64,000 nucleotides of DNA, taken from contig MU058636.1 in assembly GCA_013265495.1 (NCBI GenBank), positions 8,200,295-8,264,294 on the forward strand. Direction: 5' to 3'. The notes under the pieces were generated by a model that was not told the DNA's origin, did no database searches, and worked only from the letters and a program-made list of their open reading frames with translations. This DNA comes from Vicugna vicugna (taxonomy: Eukaryota). Below, piece after piece: positions 1 to 13,807 of the stretch. A program made the position numbers and the translations under genes. Within the stretch, counting starts at the first letter, position 1, and each line of letters begins with the position of its first letter.

Positions 1-750
1 ACTCAAATGGCAAATAAGCCTATTAGAATTATAAGAATAATGAGATTATCTTTCACATCCTCTAGAATGGTAAATATTATATAATGTCAGGTAACTCTTG
101 GAGTTGGTGAGGATCTGGGAAAGGGGCTCAGTTAAACATTAAAATTGAGAGTATAAATTGGTATAACACAATTGGAGAACCATTAATCAATATCTAATAA
201 AGTTGACGATGACATTCAGCAAGTGTATCTGCCCCAGGGATATCTGCCCTCGAGAACTCTCAGGTGCAGCAGAAAGAGATATGCAAAAAATATTCATTAC
301 AATGCCTTTGCAGTAGCAAAAAAGGGGAAATAATAATTGTCCTTAAGTCTAAGAACTAATTGGTAAACTGTGACTTATTATTTATAGTGGAACACGTCAC
401 AAAAAACGAAATAAACAAATAAGATCAACATGCCCTCAGCATGGCTAAATATGCAACATATTTTTTAAGTATGTCACAAAAGCGTATTTTTAATATAAAG
501 TTTAAAAACACTAGTATTAGTTGTTTATAAATACATGTATTGCAGAGTGCGTATAAAACTACCAACTTCAGAATATTGCCTACTTTTGGGGAGAAACTGG
601 GGAGAATCATGGAGCAATTGTTTCCACTTTAAAATCAAAAATTAAGGAAACAAGAAATATGACAAACAGTTAATATCTCTTTAAATTTGACTGTGGGTAC
701 AGAGATGTCTGTTACATTACTCTTCTGTTTAAAATATCTGAAATTTGAGG
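1..750 (+). mobile_element. Old L1 (L1ME-like) ORF2 end/3' UTR fragment
   Basis: Degraded L1 motifs: 'atgagattatctttcacatcctctagaatgg', 'gtataaattggtataacacaattggaga', 'atattcattacaatgcctttgcagtagcaaaa'. Boundaries approximate. Confidence 0.65.
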
Positions 751-1659
751 TTAAAGAAAAACCTGCTTTAGGGACTTTAAAATGATGGAGAGGTGTTAAC
801 CTCATTATTAATATAACTCTGAAGGCCGTCTATTACTAGATAGTTAAAAACGTATCCTTACGGCTTTGCTTTTGTGTATCTCCTGCTTGAAAGATCACAT
901 TTATTAAATATGTGGTGATTTTAGAATAGAAATGTTTATATTTGTTATGCATAAAAATGAATACACAGATATACATACCATACACACCATATATCTGTTG
1001 TTTGTTTTGGATAGTGGACAGAACTGATAATTTGGGTAAAGAAATCTGGATGCTTAATCTCTTTGAGGCTTAGCTTTATTTTGTTCTTCCCAAACTTTTT
1101 TACCACCTAACTTGAGAAAAGATGCTCTTTTACTCAATGTTACTTAACTCATTGGAGACGCATTTTTCTTATATATATAATTTGAATACCATTACCTTAT
1201 TTATAAGTCTGTAAGCATTAAATAATACCATGTATATGAAAATTCTTTTTAAACTCTAAAAAGGTACTCAAGCTAGATTTTAGCATTTTCTTTAATTTCT
1301 GTTTCAGTGCCTCTGGACTGAAAACCAAGAAACTCATACACATTTCTGTATTTATTTAGAGCATGCCTAGTACATGAAGCACAAAATTAATTGCTATCAT
1401 ATCAAAATTTTAAAAATGTAGAGATTACTCAATATTTTTGTCATAGAAAGTCATGATAGTGACCGAAGGAGAAGAATTAGCTTGTGTGAATCTTTTTTCT
1501 TTTTCCCCTGGAAGGACTCTACGGACTATTTGATAGTAACATAAAATTCAGATCTTGCTTTTGTAACATAAATTCCAAAAATGTAATGATTTCCTAGCAA
1601 ACTGTAGGATTGAAAAAAAAAAGTCTTGGAATAGTAGTATTTCTTTTAATTTTGATGAC

Positions 1660-3100
1660 AAATTCTCTTTCTTTATTTTGTTACAGAAAATATCTGTATT
1701 TTGCTTTCATTTGGGGGAATATTTCTACTGGTCATTGAATTCTAGATTAGCATTTTTTTGTCAGCATTTAAAAAATGCCATTTTATTGTCTTCTTGATTC
1801 CATGGTGTCATTGGATATTTAGCTGTTAGTCTCGCTGTTGCTTTCCTGGAAATAGTGTGTCTTTTTCTTCTCTGATTGCTTTTAAGTTGTTTTTTCTGTC
1901 TTGGAATTTCAGCAATTTGTTATCAGCTATGATGCGTTTGTGTTTATCTTGCTAGAGGCTTGTTTCTTGAATCTTTGTGTGGCTACATTCTATTAGTTTT
2001 AGAAAAGTCTTGGCTATTATCACTTTAAATATTACTTCTGCCTCAATTTCTTCCACTCCTCTACTTTTGGACTTTGGTTACATGTACATTAGAGCTTTTG
2101 ACTATGTCTTATGTGTTTTTATGCCTTGTAGTTTGTTGGTTTTGCTTTTTGTTTCTCGCTCTGTGCTTCAGATTGCATATTTTCTATTGACCTATCTTTG
2201 AGTTCAGTAATCCTGCTTTTTGCTGTGTCCACTTTGCTGTTAAGCACCTCTCCTAGTTCTTAATTTCAGATGTTTTGTTTTTCAGATCCAGAATGTCCAT
2301 TTGATGATGTTATTTCTGCCAGAGCTGGTCTCTCCTTCACTCTGTTAGGCAGACAGTAGGAGGCACTGTCATATCAATCTAGTCCAGGATTGACCTGGGT
2401 TGGTTTTGGGTTGCAATTTTGGGAAGGCCTAGCCAAGTTGTGTTTTGACCCTATTCTGTGGTCATTGTCCTCTCAGACTTCTGATTGAGAACCTGGCAAG
2501 TTGCCATATTTTCAGCCCTGAGAAACTAGGGGATTCAATTACGTCTTTCAGATTTTTTTGAGCATAATTATTGATTTCCTATCACAAGGAGCTCAAAATC
2601 AGGCAAAGATCTTGAGGAGGAGACCAGTGGAATGTTAGTGGCAGGCTTTCTCATTCTAGTGAACTTGGATTTTACTTTGTTTCCAGCCTAGAACGTCAGG
2701 CTCTTGTGCCATTCCAGAACTCAAAAAATATCCTTTGAGGGAAAACAGATCATGATTTCAGAGTTGCTCTAGTTTCTAACATATCACTCTAGTCTGTGTG
2801 GACTGCGCAGGCTTCACTGATTCCTTTTCCTTAGTAGAATATCTCTACCTAATCCAAGCTGGATCCTCAGACTGCTCTTAAAAATCAGCAGCTTTTCCCT
2901 ACCAGGGTCAAAAAGATCTGAAGATTTTAAGCTCACTTAGGAAGGACTGAAATTTTAGTCTTTCTAGTCCTCTTTGTTTCATAGCTCTCTGTTGTGTTTA
3001 AGAATATAATTCTTATAATTCATCTATTTTTTTCTCCCTGCTGCAGTGGGTTTGTTGACCTGCTACCACCTACTATATTCTTCTTAGAAAAAGAAGTCCT
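1660..3100 (-). mobile_element. Old L1M ORF1/5' region fragment, antisense
   Basis: T-rich antisense L1 ORF1-like text ('tagaaaagtcttggctattatcactttaaatattacttctgcc', 'ttgacctatctttgagttcagtaatcctgc') ending in 'aaagaagtcc', typical of an antisense L1M 5' end. Confidence 0.6.
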
Positions 3101-6100
3101 ATGGCATAGTTTCAGATTATGTTTCTAGAAGCCCAGATTCAAATCTGGTTTATATTCATCTGTTTCTTCAAGCCATAGAACATCTTCTTATAGTTCTTTT
3201 CACACAGCCCCATCCCCAATTCAGGAAAAATCTACTTCTGTTGCTTACAACAAAGAACCTTGACTATTGCAATAGAGGTTGGGGATGGGAAAAGAAAGTG
3301 CTGAGAGAATAACTCATAAGAAGACTGAGGTTGGAATAAGGAGGCCACAGTTTGTGGGGGCATTTGAGGACTGGAGGCAAAGCAGAGTTCCATGATTATC
3401 AGCAGCACATATGAGCCTAACTCTAAATAGACCAAGGGGGAGCAGTCATGGCTCTGTGGATGCTACTTTAGGGTGTGCAGTGACCAGGCAGGCAGGGCTA
3501 CATCTCAGCAGATACAGTGAGAACAGAGGTCAGTGCTCTGACCAAATGGGATGAGTCATGTAATCAAGGAAAATCATAAGGACTGGACACTTCCTACCCT
3601 TTGCTGATTGGAAATTTAAATCTATCTTACACCTAGTGGCCAAGTTAGGAAGAAATCTGGAAATTTCTTCCAGGGAAAGCACAAATGTGGAAATGAGTAA
3701 TTACTCTAAATAGACTATTTTCAAATAAAACCATCAGGATACATTTAGTTGGCAAAATTGGAAAGGCAGCTTGAGAGCCAAGATGAGGTAAGTAATTTAA
3801 AATACAGAAAATCATATTTTTGCATGTCTGAGTATATGGACTGTAGATTTCACCCCCTTGATAATACACAATGAGACATAGTCTAATGGTGCAGAAAATA
3901 ATTTTTTCCTTTGGCTCTGGTAGACAAGAACTAAAAATTTAGTTCAAGGCTATAAAAATATGTGTAATTTTATTAAACATGGATTTTACTAACTTTTCTT
4001 TTTTTTCGCCAAGTCACATTTTTATCTGGATAATTGAACACAAAACTATTTGCTTACTGTGAAGCAAATGATTACAGGAAACATTGCAGAGTCTACCGTC
4101 TGATACACTGCTATAGAAGGAATGTATGAACTCTATGAATACCTGTAGTTTTTCTATTTAGTGCTTGCTGTCATTTAAAAAATAAACTTGGAGTTAGTTT
4201 TTTTCTGCCCCACCTCCAAAAACCTGGTGCAAACAACAGCAGATAATCCTTCATCGATTTAGTTTACAGTTTGAATTAAAGAAAAAGGGGGATAAGAGAA
4301 AGGTGTAACAAGATGAACCTCCTTATTTATCTGAGAAGTTATCTACACGATAGACAGTCTGAGTGAGAATACCAAGGCTCTTTGGTTTGGGCTCTTTCAG
4401 AGAATAGAGAGAAACAGTTTACATTAGTGAATGAAGGATTATTTCTAGATGTAACTTGTTTACTAATGGCCTGGACTTAGGGTGTGCAGGTAGGAAAGGA
4501 CTGTCCCCCAGCCTCCGCCCCCTCCCCCCAGCTTCAGGTATGCTCTGGCACATCTCCCGCCCCTGGAAGACAGCTCTGGAAGACCCTGTAACCTTTTAGT
4601 AAAGTTCAACTTTGAAGATTTTCTTGTTTTCAAGTAACATACTAAGAATATATTGTACTAGGCAATATACTAAGAATATATCCAGCCCAGGCTGCATCGA
4701 GGTCTTAATCTCATACCCAGTTCAAAGATTCTCCCTCTCCTCGCACAGCCTCAGCCCCCACTCTTGCCCAGCCAGATCTGGGGCTCAAGGCTGAGCTGTA
4801 GTTGTTCCTTCACATGCCTCCTCTGACCACTCCACCTTCTGGTTGGTTTGAGGGTCTAAGCAAAGAGAATGGGGGTGAGAGGACAAAGAGTAACACCTTT
4901 GACTTAGCTAGGCTCTTCCTCCTTTGGCTCACACTGGCTGGACATCAAGCCTTGCTCATTGCGGGAGTCCGGATGCTGTCTCTTCAGTGGGCTGTATCAG
5001 AAGGCTCTTCTTAGACACTCTCACTTTGATTCCCAACCTCCACACTGCCCCAGTCCCTAATGGAGGTGGCTGTAGTTTACAGTGTATTTATTGTAATGCC
5101 TTTTCAGACTCAGCCCTGTTTTACGGTGGAATTCCCTGCTTGGCATCACCTTTCTTGGACGAGTTCCTTCAAGACACCTTTGCCAAGCGCCCACCTGCCC
5201 TTTAACTTTGAGAAGAGGGAGATGTTTAGAAAACTAGGTAGGCACTTTGGCATGGTAGGAACTCTTAAAGTAGATTTAAGTTAGCAGCTATCAATATTCT
5301 ACGTTAGTTGTTTGAGGACTGAGAAACAAGCCCATTTCAGTCTTTCTACTTACTTCTGTGTTCCAAGGTTGAAAGATTTCTGTAATTCTATATCTTTAGT
5401 TTAAAAACTTATACATTCCTCAAGGGGTAGAGGAGAAAAACACAACATTGATCTAAATCTAAAAGAGTAACAGGTAGCTTGCATTTTTTAAAGGGGTGGG
5501 AGCAAGTACATTTGCACAATTCTAAACACAAGGAATTTTTGACATGTATAAATGAATTTAAAATATTCCTACTTAATGAGTTCACTTTTTGTTTCTCTAC
5601 TCACCTTAGGCCCTGAAAAATTATAAATAATAAGTGACGTGTGTGTTTAATAAAGTTAAATTTATCTAACAGAGGGTTTCATCCCAGTCACTGAGGTTTC
5701 CTTTGGACAATGTTTTCTTCTTACCATTTTACTCCTGATTCTGTATATGTTGCCACAAAACACTTTTTACATATTTTTCCCCAGAAAATTATGCTGTATA
5801 GAGTAAATCTGAAAGAAGAGTCTATTTTTCTCAGCTTTGAGGCAAATTCCATTCATCAAACTTTCCTGTGGTAAAGCCAGATACAAATTCAGAGCAATTA
5901 AGTGACAGAAACGAGAAACACAGAACTCGACCACGTGTATGGGTATGGCCTGTGGGAATTTATTTAAGTAGTTGATAACTGGTTTTTGGAAAGAAAACCT
6001 TCTACAGTATGAAATGCATTTATCATTCATGTGTCATGGGGCATATTTACTCGGGCAAGGATTCTTTTGAGAAATTACAACTCTCTAGACCTAAGCAAAC

Positions 6101-6194
6101 AACTTGAAGATAAATCCACCCAAGTCTCTCTTTACTTTTTAGAAATTATGTGCTGAATTTTACTAGCCTTAGAAGTATATATGTTTATAGAGTG

Positions 6195-6226
<32 letters not shown>
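6195..6226. repeat. Compound (TA)n(CA)n microsatellite
   Basis: Directly visible. Confidence 0.95.
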
Positions 6227-6399
6227 AACATAGATATATACACACTGTACTTTAATTCAGTTCTTTTGCATGTGAACATTTTTGTTTCTAATAAGCTAAA
6301 AGGAAAAGAAATAATATTGCAATATTCTATAGCCTGATTTATTTTAACTTGAACTTAGTATCTTTCTAACTCTTTAACATCCACGCCAATACTATAGTG

Positions 6400-6663
6400 A
6401 AAATAATATTAATTATAACTCAGGGTCTTCAATGCTTTCTATATGCCAGGAATTGTTCATAGCTATTTGCATGTATTTAGTAATTTAATCTTGACAGTGA
6501 CTCTAGGAAGTAGACACTAGTATTATTTATGGGTTTTTCATCTGAGGACAATGGAGAATGGAGAAAACTTGTCAGCATCATAGAGCGAGTGTGGGACTAA
6601 GCCTGGATTGGAACCAGGCCACGTGTCTCCCGATTCTGCATTCTTAAGTACCACACTACGCTG
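6400..6663 (-). mobile_element. MIR SINE
   Basis: Antisense MIR pattern 'gctttctatatgccagg...tttaatcttgacagtgactctaggaagtag...ggattggaaccaggc...cttaagtaccacactacgctg'. Confidence 0.75.
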
Positions 6664-6855
6664 AGGCTGCAAGATGGGACGTGGGTAGCAAAAACAGTTT
6701 GATCAGTCAGAGTCAATAGCATCAGTAGATTAATATTAGGTCTTTTGTTTTGATTTCTACTTCTTATTTTTCTTGGAGTTGACACTTTGATTACTTGTTT
6801 TTATAGCAAATTTGAGGCAAGGCACCCAGGATAAAATGGAGAACTAAAGGACCAT

Positions 6856-6951
6856 TCTTTTTTCGTATATGTATTTTTTATTGAAGTAGAGTCAGTTTAC
6901 AATGTTATGTCAATTTCTGGTGTACAGCACAATGCTTCAGTCATACATGAA
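6856..6951 (-). mobile_element. Young lineage-specific L1 3' terminal fragment
   Basis: T-rich tail then 'ttgaagtagagtcagtttacaatgttatgtcaatttctggtgtacagcac'; near-identical to the copy at ~37607. Confidence 0.85.
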
Positions 6952-9499
6952 AAACATCTTTCTTAGAACAGTGATTGACAGAGGTTTCTTCAGGGACTAC
7001 AGCACCACTTGTTAAAAATGTTTCTTATCCTGATCCTTGGAGAGCCTCATCTGGCAGGTTGGGATTGGATTTAGGAATCTATATTTTAAATCCTTCCTAT
7101 AGGTTCAGGTGTGATTAGATCAAAGAATTCCAGTTCAGCTCCTTTAAAGCTGTTATATGGTCATTGTTTTAGTTCACTGAACTCTACATCATTCCTTAAA
7201 CTGTAATCAAGACTTAAATTTTAACTCATCTCTTTAAATAGATTTATTTTAAAAGTTTAATTAAAGAGATTAATTTTTGAATATTTTCTATGAAGGGCCC
7301 AATGTAGGGTTGCTCTTGTGAGAGCAATGGTTTAATGGAAGTGTACTATGTATCATTGTATTACATTTCCTCTATTCAGAGCCACCTTTGTTTTCTTCAC
7401 AGTCTTACAGTTCTGAGACTACATACCTATTTCAGTTGAGGGTTACATGTAAAACATCTCCCTCTACTTTTCGTTATTATTCAATCTGTGGTGCTTTTGA
7501 CTTAGTGGAACAGACTGCTTCTACCTACTTGTACCCTGTGCTTTCTTTCAAAAAAATATAGAAACTCTTCATGAGATTTGTGTTGGGGGTAGAGTCATAG
7601 GAGCTGGATTTGGTGTGGCAACAGGGACTCCAGAAACCAAAGTCAGTGGTCTAAAAAGCTGCTTCCAAGAGGCAGGAGTGAAAACCAGTCCAGGTAAGAC
7701 GCACAACTAGATCATCATTCCAAGTGGAGAGTCTAAGTAAGAGGGAACAGGAAGGAAACAGGAAAGCCAGACTGGGATGAGAGAATACCAAGTGCAGAGA
7801 AGACGCCTGAGCAAAAAGTATTTGCTGAGTAGCTAAGACTTTTAAGGGTGAACTTCATCAGGACCCACAGCCTTACCTGTGGATGAGAGGAGGGTCCTGG
7901 TGATTCAGGACTCCACCTAGAGGCCTGCATTTGCATAGGTGGATGAGATGAATTGTGTTGATGAGAATTACTCATCTCTTTATTCCTTGCATATAGAAAC
8001 CAACCACTCACTGTTAAAAGTGTAATTGAACAGGACAGTGCTCAGATTCATATGTTTAGATATATTCATATATTGCTCCCACTCCTCTGCAGTAGAGAAG
8101 CCAGGAAATAGATGGTAGTAACAAACCCTGAATCCTGAGCCAGAGGAAGTTCGTTTTCTGTATTGCCAATATTATGTTGGTGCAAATAATTTTCAAATTG
8201 CAAGTGACTGCTCATGGCCCCTAGAATCCACAATATCTGGTGTTTCCAGGGAGAGGGAGAGGACACGTTCTTTCTCCATCACCTGGTTTTCTTTCTTGCC
8301 GTTGCGGGACTTGGCTGTTTACATCAGTGCTGACTGATCTTTCATAGCATATTTATCAGACTACATAGGATTTGGAAACTGTGCTTGTTCTGAAAGAATC
8401 AAAAGGTTTTGGTACTAAGCCATCTGTCTAAGAAGAACACACATGAAGGAAGACCCAGATGATATTTATGCCTGCAGTGGGAGAAACACGTAATAAAAAA
8501 AGCCTAGATAAATTTGTAGCAAGGATTTGATTTTTACAACAGGAAGCTTAAGTAATAGTTCAGACTTCATCTATCAAAGTCTGTAGTCAGGATTGTTTTC
8601 CAGTGCTCTTTAACTCTTACTCCAATAGATTTTCATTTTAGGGGAGAATATGAGAAGGGAAAAAAGTAAGAAAAAGTCTTGAATTTCCATAAGACTCTGT
8701 CAACTTCAGAAAAATTGATGCTTTTGAGGCTGATTAGTAAGTGTGTGTATGTGCGTGTGTGGTTTAGTCCTTATTCAGTATAGAAGGAAAGAGTGTATTG
8801 TTGACCATTATGGTTATTGTAAGAACTCACATTTCTAAGTACCATTTCATTTATAATAACTGTTAGTTCATGTGATTCATAAATTTAAATATGATTTTAA
8901 AAAACCACTTATCTGTGCATGTGATTAAAAGTTTCCAAACATAAAAATAGAGAAATATGTGGCTCGTTGTATCAACTTTTCTTAAAGATTATTCACTTTA
9001 TCTCTTTAGGTCCTAAAATGGCTTGCTAAATACATTTTTAATAAAATTTGTAATCACCTGGTGTGAACAGAGTAGACAACAGAGATTTGCCAAATTTATA
9101 TAATATATTGATCAATAAGATATTTGTCTTTAATGTACATGTGATTACAGAATAGATTCTTTAGTGAAGTTACTCAGATTCCAATTATGTAGTTGCCTTT
9201 TTTTCTCTGTAGAATATTTGAAAACTGAGTCAATATTCTAGATGGTAGCTATCGCTCCTCAAAAACCAGATTTACTTACTTCTCTTTGTGCCTTATTTAT
9301 TTTCACAATTTAGTTCTCTTGCTAAAGCTTTCACTCTGATGTTTGGCATTTCAAATAAAGCTCTCTTAGGTTTCACTAATGTGGGGAGATAGTAGCCTAT
9401 GACTCAGAGATCTGAGATAATTTGAAAGAGAAAAGCCAGCACAGTTTTTTTTGGATTGGATCGACTGTTTCCACAGAAGTCGCAGCAGCTGTCTTAGCA

Positions 9500-9810
9500 G
9501 GCCAGTTTTGTGATGTCTGAAGTTTTTTTCTAAGGAACAAAGAAAGCCCTAATGATTCTGATCCTTGTGATGTGGATGAAGAGGTAAAAAGGGCATTAGG
9601 ATGTTGGCTGTAGTGATTGACCCTGATTATCAAGGTGCTACATGGATACCTTCTTAATGAGGGCTACTAGGAATTTACCTGGCACTCAGGAGATCTCTGA
9701 GAACTTGCTGTCACATCCAGTTATAAAAGCTAATGGATAACCGTAGGCAGGACAATCATGAATTAACTCTCAGAAAATAATGTTCTGATTATTTCCCCCT
9801 AATATCCCCC
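9500..9810 (+). mobile_element. ERV-L internal fragment (dUTPase-like region)
   Basis: 9601-9636 translates MLAVVIDPDYQG, matching the ERV-L dUTPase motif GVIDPDYQG; flanks are degraded. Confidence 0.7.
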
Positions 9811-9974
9811 TAAGTAAGGAACAATGACTGGCAGAAGTGTCAGCATGTTGTTAGAATGACTTCTTATAAACTAGATATTTTAAAAATGTTACGAGAGAGG
9901 ATATGTGTGTTAATAAATAAATTTATTACTTTAAGATTAATTACATTTAATAACATATTTGAATTTGCTTTTTA

Positions 9975-11430
9975 AATCAAGTTGACTTATTTTAGAACAT
10001 TTTTAAATTCACAGCAAGATTAAGAGGAAGGTACAGAGATTTCCCGTATAGCCTCAGCCTACTGACGTGCAAAGCCTCCCCGTTATCAACATCCCCACTA
10101 GGATGGTACATTTTCACAACTGATGAACGTACATGATACATCATAAATGCCCAAGTCCAGAGTTTATGTTATATTTCACTCTTGGTGTTGTACATTCTAT
10201 ACGTTTGGGCAAATGTATAATGACATGATTCCATCATTATAGTATCATAAAGACGATTTTCATTGCCCTAAAAATCTGCTTTGCTCCCCCTATTCACCTC
10301 ACCCCTCTCCCCCAATCATTGGCACCTGCTGAACGTTTTACTGTCCCAGAGCTTTGCCTTTGCCAGAATGTCATGTAGTTGGAATACAGAGTATGTGGCC
10401 TTTTCAAATTCTCTTCTTTCAGTTGATAATAAGCGTTTAAGCTTCTTCCATGTCTTTTCATGGCTTAATAAGTTTCTTCTTTTTTGTTCTGAATAATATT
10501 CCATTGTCTGGATGTGCCACAGTTTATTTATCCCTTCACCTACAGAAGGACATCTTTATTGTTTCCAAGTTTTGGAAATTATTAATAAAGCTGCTATAAA
10601 CATCCTTGTGCAGGTTTTTCTGTGGACATATGTTTTCAACTACCTGGGGGTAATACCAAGGAATATGATCGCTAGATTGTATGGTAAAAATGTTTAGTTC
10701 TGTTAGAAACTGTCAAACTGTCTTCCAAAGTGGCTGTATCATTTTGCATGCCCCCTGGCAGTGAATGAGAGTTCCTATTGTTTCACATTCTTGCTAGCAT
10801 TTGGTTCTCAGTGTTCTAAATTTTGGCCATTCTAATAGGTGCATAGTGGTATCTCACTGTCGTTTGAATTTATGTTACCCTAATGACGTATGATGTGGAA
10901 CATCCTTTCCGCATTCTTATTCATCATCTGTATGTGTTTTTCTTATTGTTGAGTTATAAGAGTTCTCTGTATATTTTAGATAACAGTCCTTTATCAGATT
11001 TGTCTTTTGCAAATATTTTCTCCCAGTCTCTGTCTTGTCCTCATACTCTCCTGACATTGCCTTTCAGGCAGAATTTTAAATTTTAAATAAATCTAGTGTA
11101 TCAATTCTTTCTTGTAAATTTTGTCTTTGGTATTGTATCTGAAAAGTCATCATCATACCCAAGGACACTGAGATTTTTTCTCTGATCTCTCTTTTCCCTT
11201 ATCTCTCTTTTATCTTCTGGGAGTTTTTATAGTTTTGCTTTTTATATTTAGGTCTATGATCCATTTTGAGTTGGCCTTTTTGTGTGTGTGAAGAGTGTAA
11301 GTTCTGGTCTATATTTTTCCTTCCTTTATTTTGGAATGTGGATGTCTAGTTGTTCTGGAACCATTTGTGGAAGAGATATCTTTGCTCTGTTGTACTGCCT
11401 TTACTTCTTCATCACAAATCAGTTGACTGT
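9975..11430 (-). mobile_element. L1MC1-like LINE 3' UTR plus ORF2 end
   Basis: 'ttcacagcaagattaagaggaaggtacagagatttccc...ttatcaacatccccac...cactcttggtgttgtacattctat' followed by antisense ORF2 3' sequence. Confidence 0.85.
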
Positions 11431-11613
11431 GTAGGTTTTTGAATGTTGACTGGGAAATAGTAGCCTAGCAGAAAGAACTAGATGATGCAGAACAGATACT
11501 GGGCAATAGGAATTTGGCTTCTAGGAATCCAACACAAGGGAGAATCCTGAGTCACTCAATATTTCAATATTTATGTTTTTATAAAGTGCTTTTGTAAGAA
11601 AATACACTTCTTC

Positions 11614-12062
11614 TGTATTAGTTTCCTATTTTCACTGTAACAAATCACTACAAACTTAGTTACTGCAAACAATACAAATTTATAATCCCATAGTTCTGGG
11701 TTCAGAGTCTAAAATCTGCTGGTAGGTCTGTGTTCCTTGTGGAGACTTTAGGGGAGAATCCGTTTCCTTGCCTCTTTAAGCTTCAACAGGCCGCTTGCAT
11801 TCCTTGTCTTGTGGCCTCACATCACTCTGACTTCTCCTTCTATTCCCACATCTCCCTCTCTGGCACTGACCCTCCTGTCTCTTAAAAGATCCTGTGATTA
11901 CACTGGGCCCACCCAGATTATTCAGGATAATCTCCCCCATCTTGAGATGCTTAACTTAGTCATATCTACAAAGTCCCTTTTACCATGTAAGGTGACATAG
12001 TCACAGGTTCTGGGGATTAGAAGGTGGGATATTTTCAGGGGGGCATTATTCAGCCTTCTACA
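11614..12062 (-). mobile_element. MLT1D-like MaLR solo LTR
   Basis: Starts 'tgtattagtttcctatt', contains 'gattacactgggcccacccagattattcaggataatctccc', ends 'gggggcattattcagccttctaca'. Confidence 0.85.
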
Positions 12063-12926
12063 TGCTCTGTGGCTTATTGGCCTCGCTTTATCCTCAAGAA
12101 GATTAGACTTTACCAAAAATAGTGAATAAAATTAAAAATCTATCATCAGTAGTAATTCATTTTTTTGTATTAGCTTTAAAATATTTACTTGAACTGTACT
12201 GCCAAAATATTTTGGAAGTCCCTCTGTACAATTACTGTGACCTTAATTTCTGGACAATTTAGGTCAATAGTACATACGTGGCAATAGAAATTCTAGTCTG
12301 TTTGGAATATTTTGTACTTATACAGACTTTTGCTCTTTGTTCAAAATATTCTGGGCTTGTTTAGTCATTATAATCATTCCTTGGGACCTATAATCTTTTT
12401 GTATTTAAATGTTAAGGGAAATAATAGATTTTACTCATGGAACCTGATTTATTTATAAACCATCAATTTTGTCCTTTTATTTGAACTTCAAAATACTGCA
12501 GCATTTTATATGCTTTCTAATGGCAAAAAGATTGAACCTTTTTTGATGTGGGTGTAAATACCCAAGTGGCTAGTTGCAAACCTGACATTTTATTGTGATC
12601 TCATACTTGAATTCTAAAAATCTTTGCATTGTTCTGTATTATATTAAGATTTAAAATACAGTAAACTATATGGAACTATTTATAAATTATACTACCTAGC
12701 ATATCTTTTCCCTCAGATGTTTGAATATGACTGAAGTTCTAGAAAGATAAGGTGCACTTAAGCTATGACCTTTTGTACTACCTGATGTTAGGACTACCCG
12801 ATGCTGAGGATACCATGTTTTTTTTTTAAACCTGAGGTGGAAAAGCACAAGTGGAAAATCACAGGATTTGAATTCAGAACATCTGGGTGCTGCTAATTAC
12901 CAGCTGTGTAATCTGGGCAAGTCATT

Positions 12927-13807
12927 TGCTATGGTCTGAATGTTTATGCTCTTCCAAAATTCATGAGTTGAAAACGTAATGCTCGATGTGATGATGTGAG
13001 GTAGGGCCTTTAGGAGGTGATTAGGTCATGAGGGCTCTGTTCTCGTGAATGGGATTAGTCACCTTATAAAAGAGGGCTCAAGAGAGCTGGCTAGCCCCCT
13101 TCCCTCATGTGAAGATTCAACAAGAAGCCTGTGACCCAGGGGAAGACTCACTCCATCATGCTGGCACCCTGATCTCAGACTTCTAGCCTACAGAACTGTG
13201 GCACATAAATTGCTGTTTATAAGCCACCCAGTGGTGCTTCTTACAGCAGAAAGTGATATATTCTTATAGCAGCCCCAACAGACTGCTGCCAACTCTAAGT
13301 TCTTACTGCTTGCTGCATGACAGGTCAATAAATCTAGGGTCGAGTTATTAGGGCAAGGAATGGTGACTTTATTCAGAAAGCCAGCAGACTGAGATGGTGG
13401 ACTAGTTTCCCAAAGAACTATTTTGCCTGGGTTTGGATATTAGTTTCTTTTATAGAGCAAAAGAGAATGGGGAGTGAGGAAATAAAGTAAAAAAGGCAGT
13501 AAGTTGTTGCAAATATTTCCTGGTTCTGGCCGGATTCCAGAGGAGATGTATTAACTTCTTCTTTCCTGCAGCCATTTACAGGTGGGCCTGGTCAGGATGG
13601 GTCCTGTGAGCTAAACAAAGGTATTTTAGCTTAATGTTCAGGCATAGGGGACAGAGCTCCCGGAGATAGGCCATTAAATAATATTTTAAGCTATAGGCAA
13701 CATCCGTTTAATGATTAACTTGTAGCAAAAGCAATCAAAGGTTAAAGTAAAAGAAACAGATCCAATATGGAGTCAGATTCGTTCTTCGCTATTCCAAGAC
13801 TAAGACC
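12927..13807 (+). mobile_element. MLT1A-like MaLR solo LTR split by a MER41-type LTR
   Basis: Starts 'tgctatggtctgaatgtt'; 3' end reads 'ttatagcagccccaacagac' + 'taagacc'; 5-bp TSD tcatt/ccatt. Confidence 0.85.
13284..13796 (-). mobile_element. MER41-type (cetartiodactyl) ERV1 solo LTR
   Basis: Ends 'gttaaagtaaaagaaacagatccaatatggagtcagattcgttcttc', resembling the MER41_BT-type 5' end as recalled; exact 4-bp TSD AGAC at 13280-13283 and 13797-13800. Confidence 0.85.

Noticed and set aside
3637..3793. Possible exon ending at GAG|GTAAGT
   Set aside because: All three frames have stops and the acceptor is weak.
4639..4681. 15-bp direct repeat atactaagaatatat
   Set aside because: Only two copies, consistent with slippage duplication; not an array or CRISPR-like structure.
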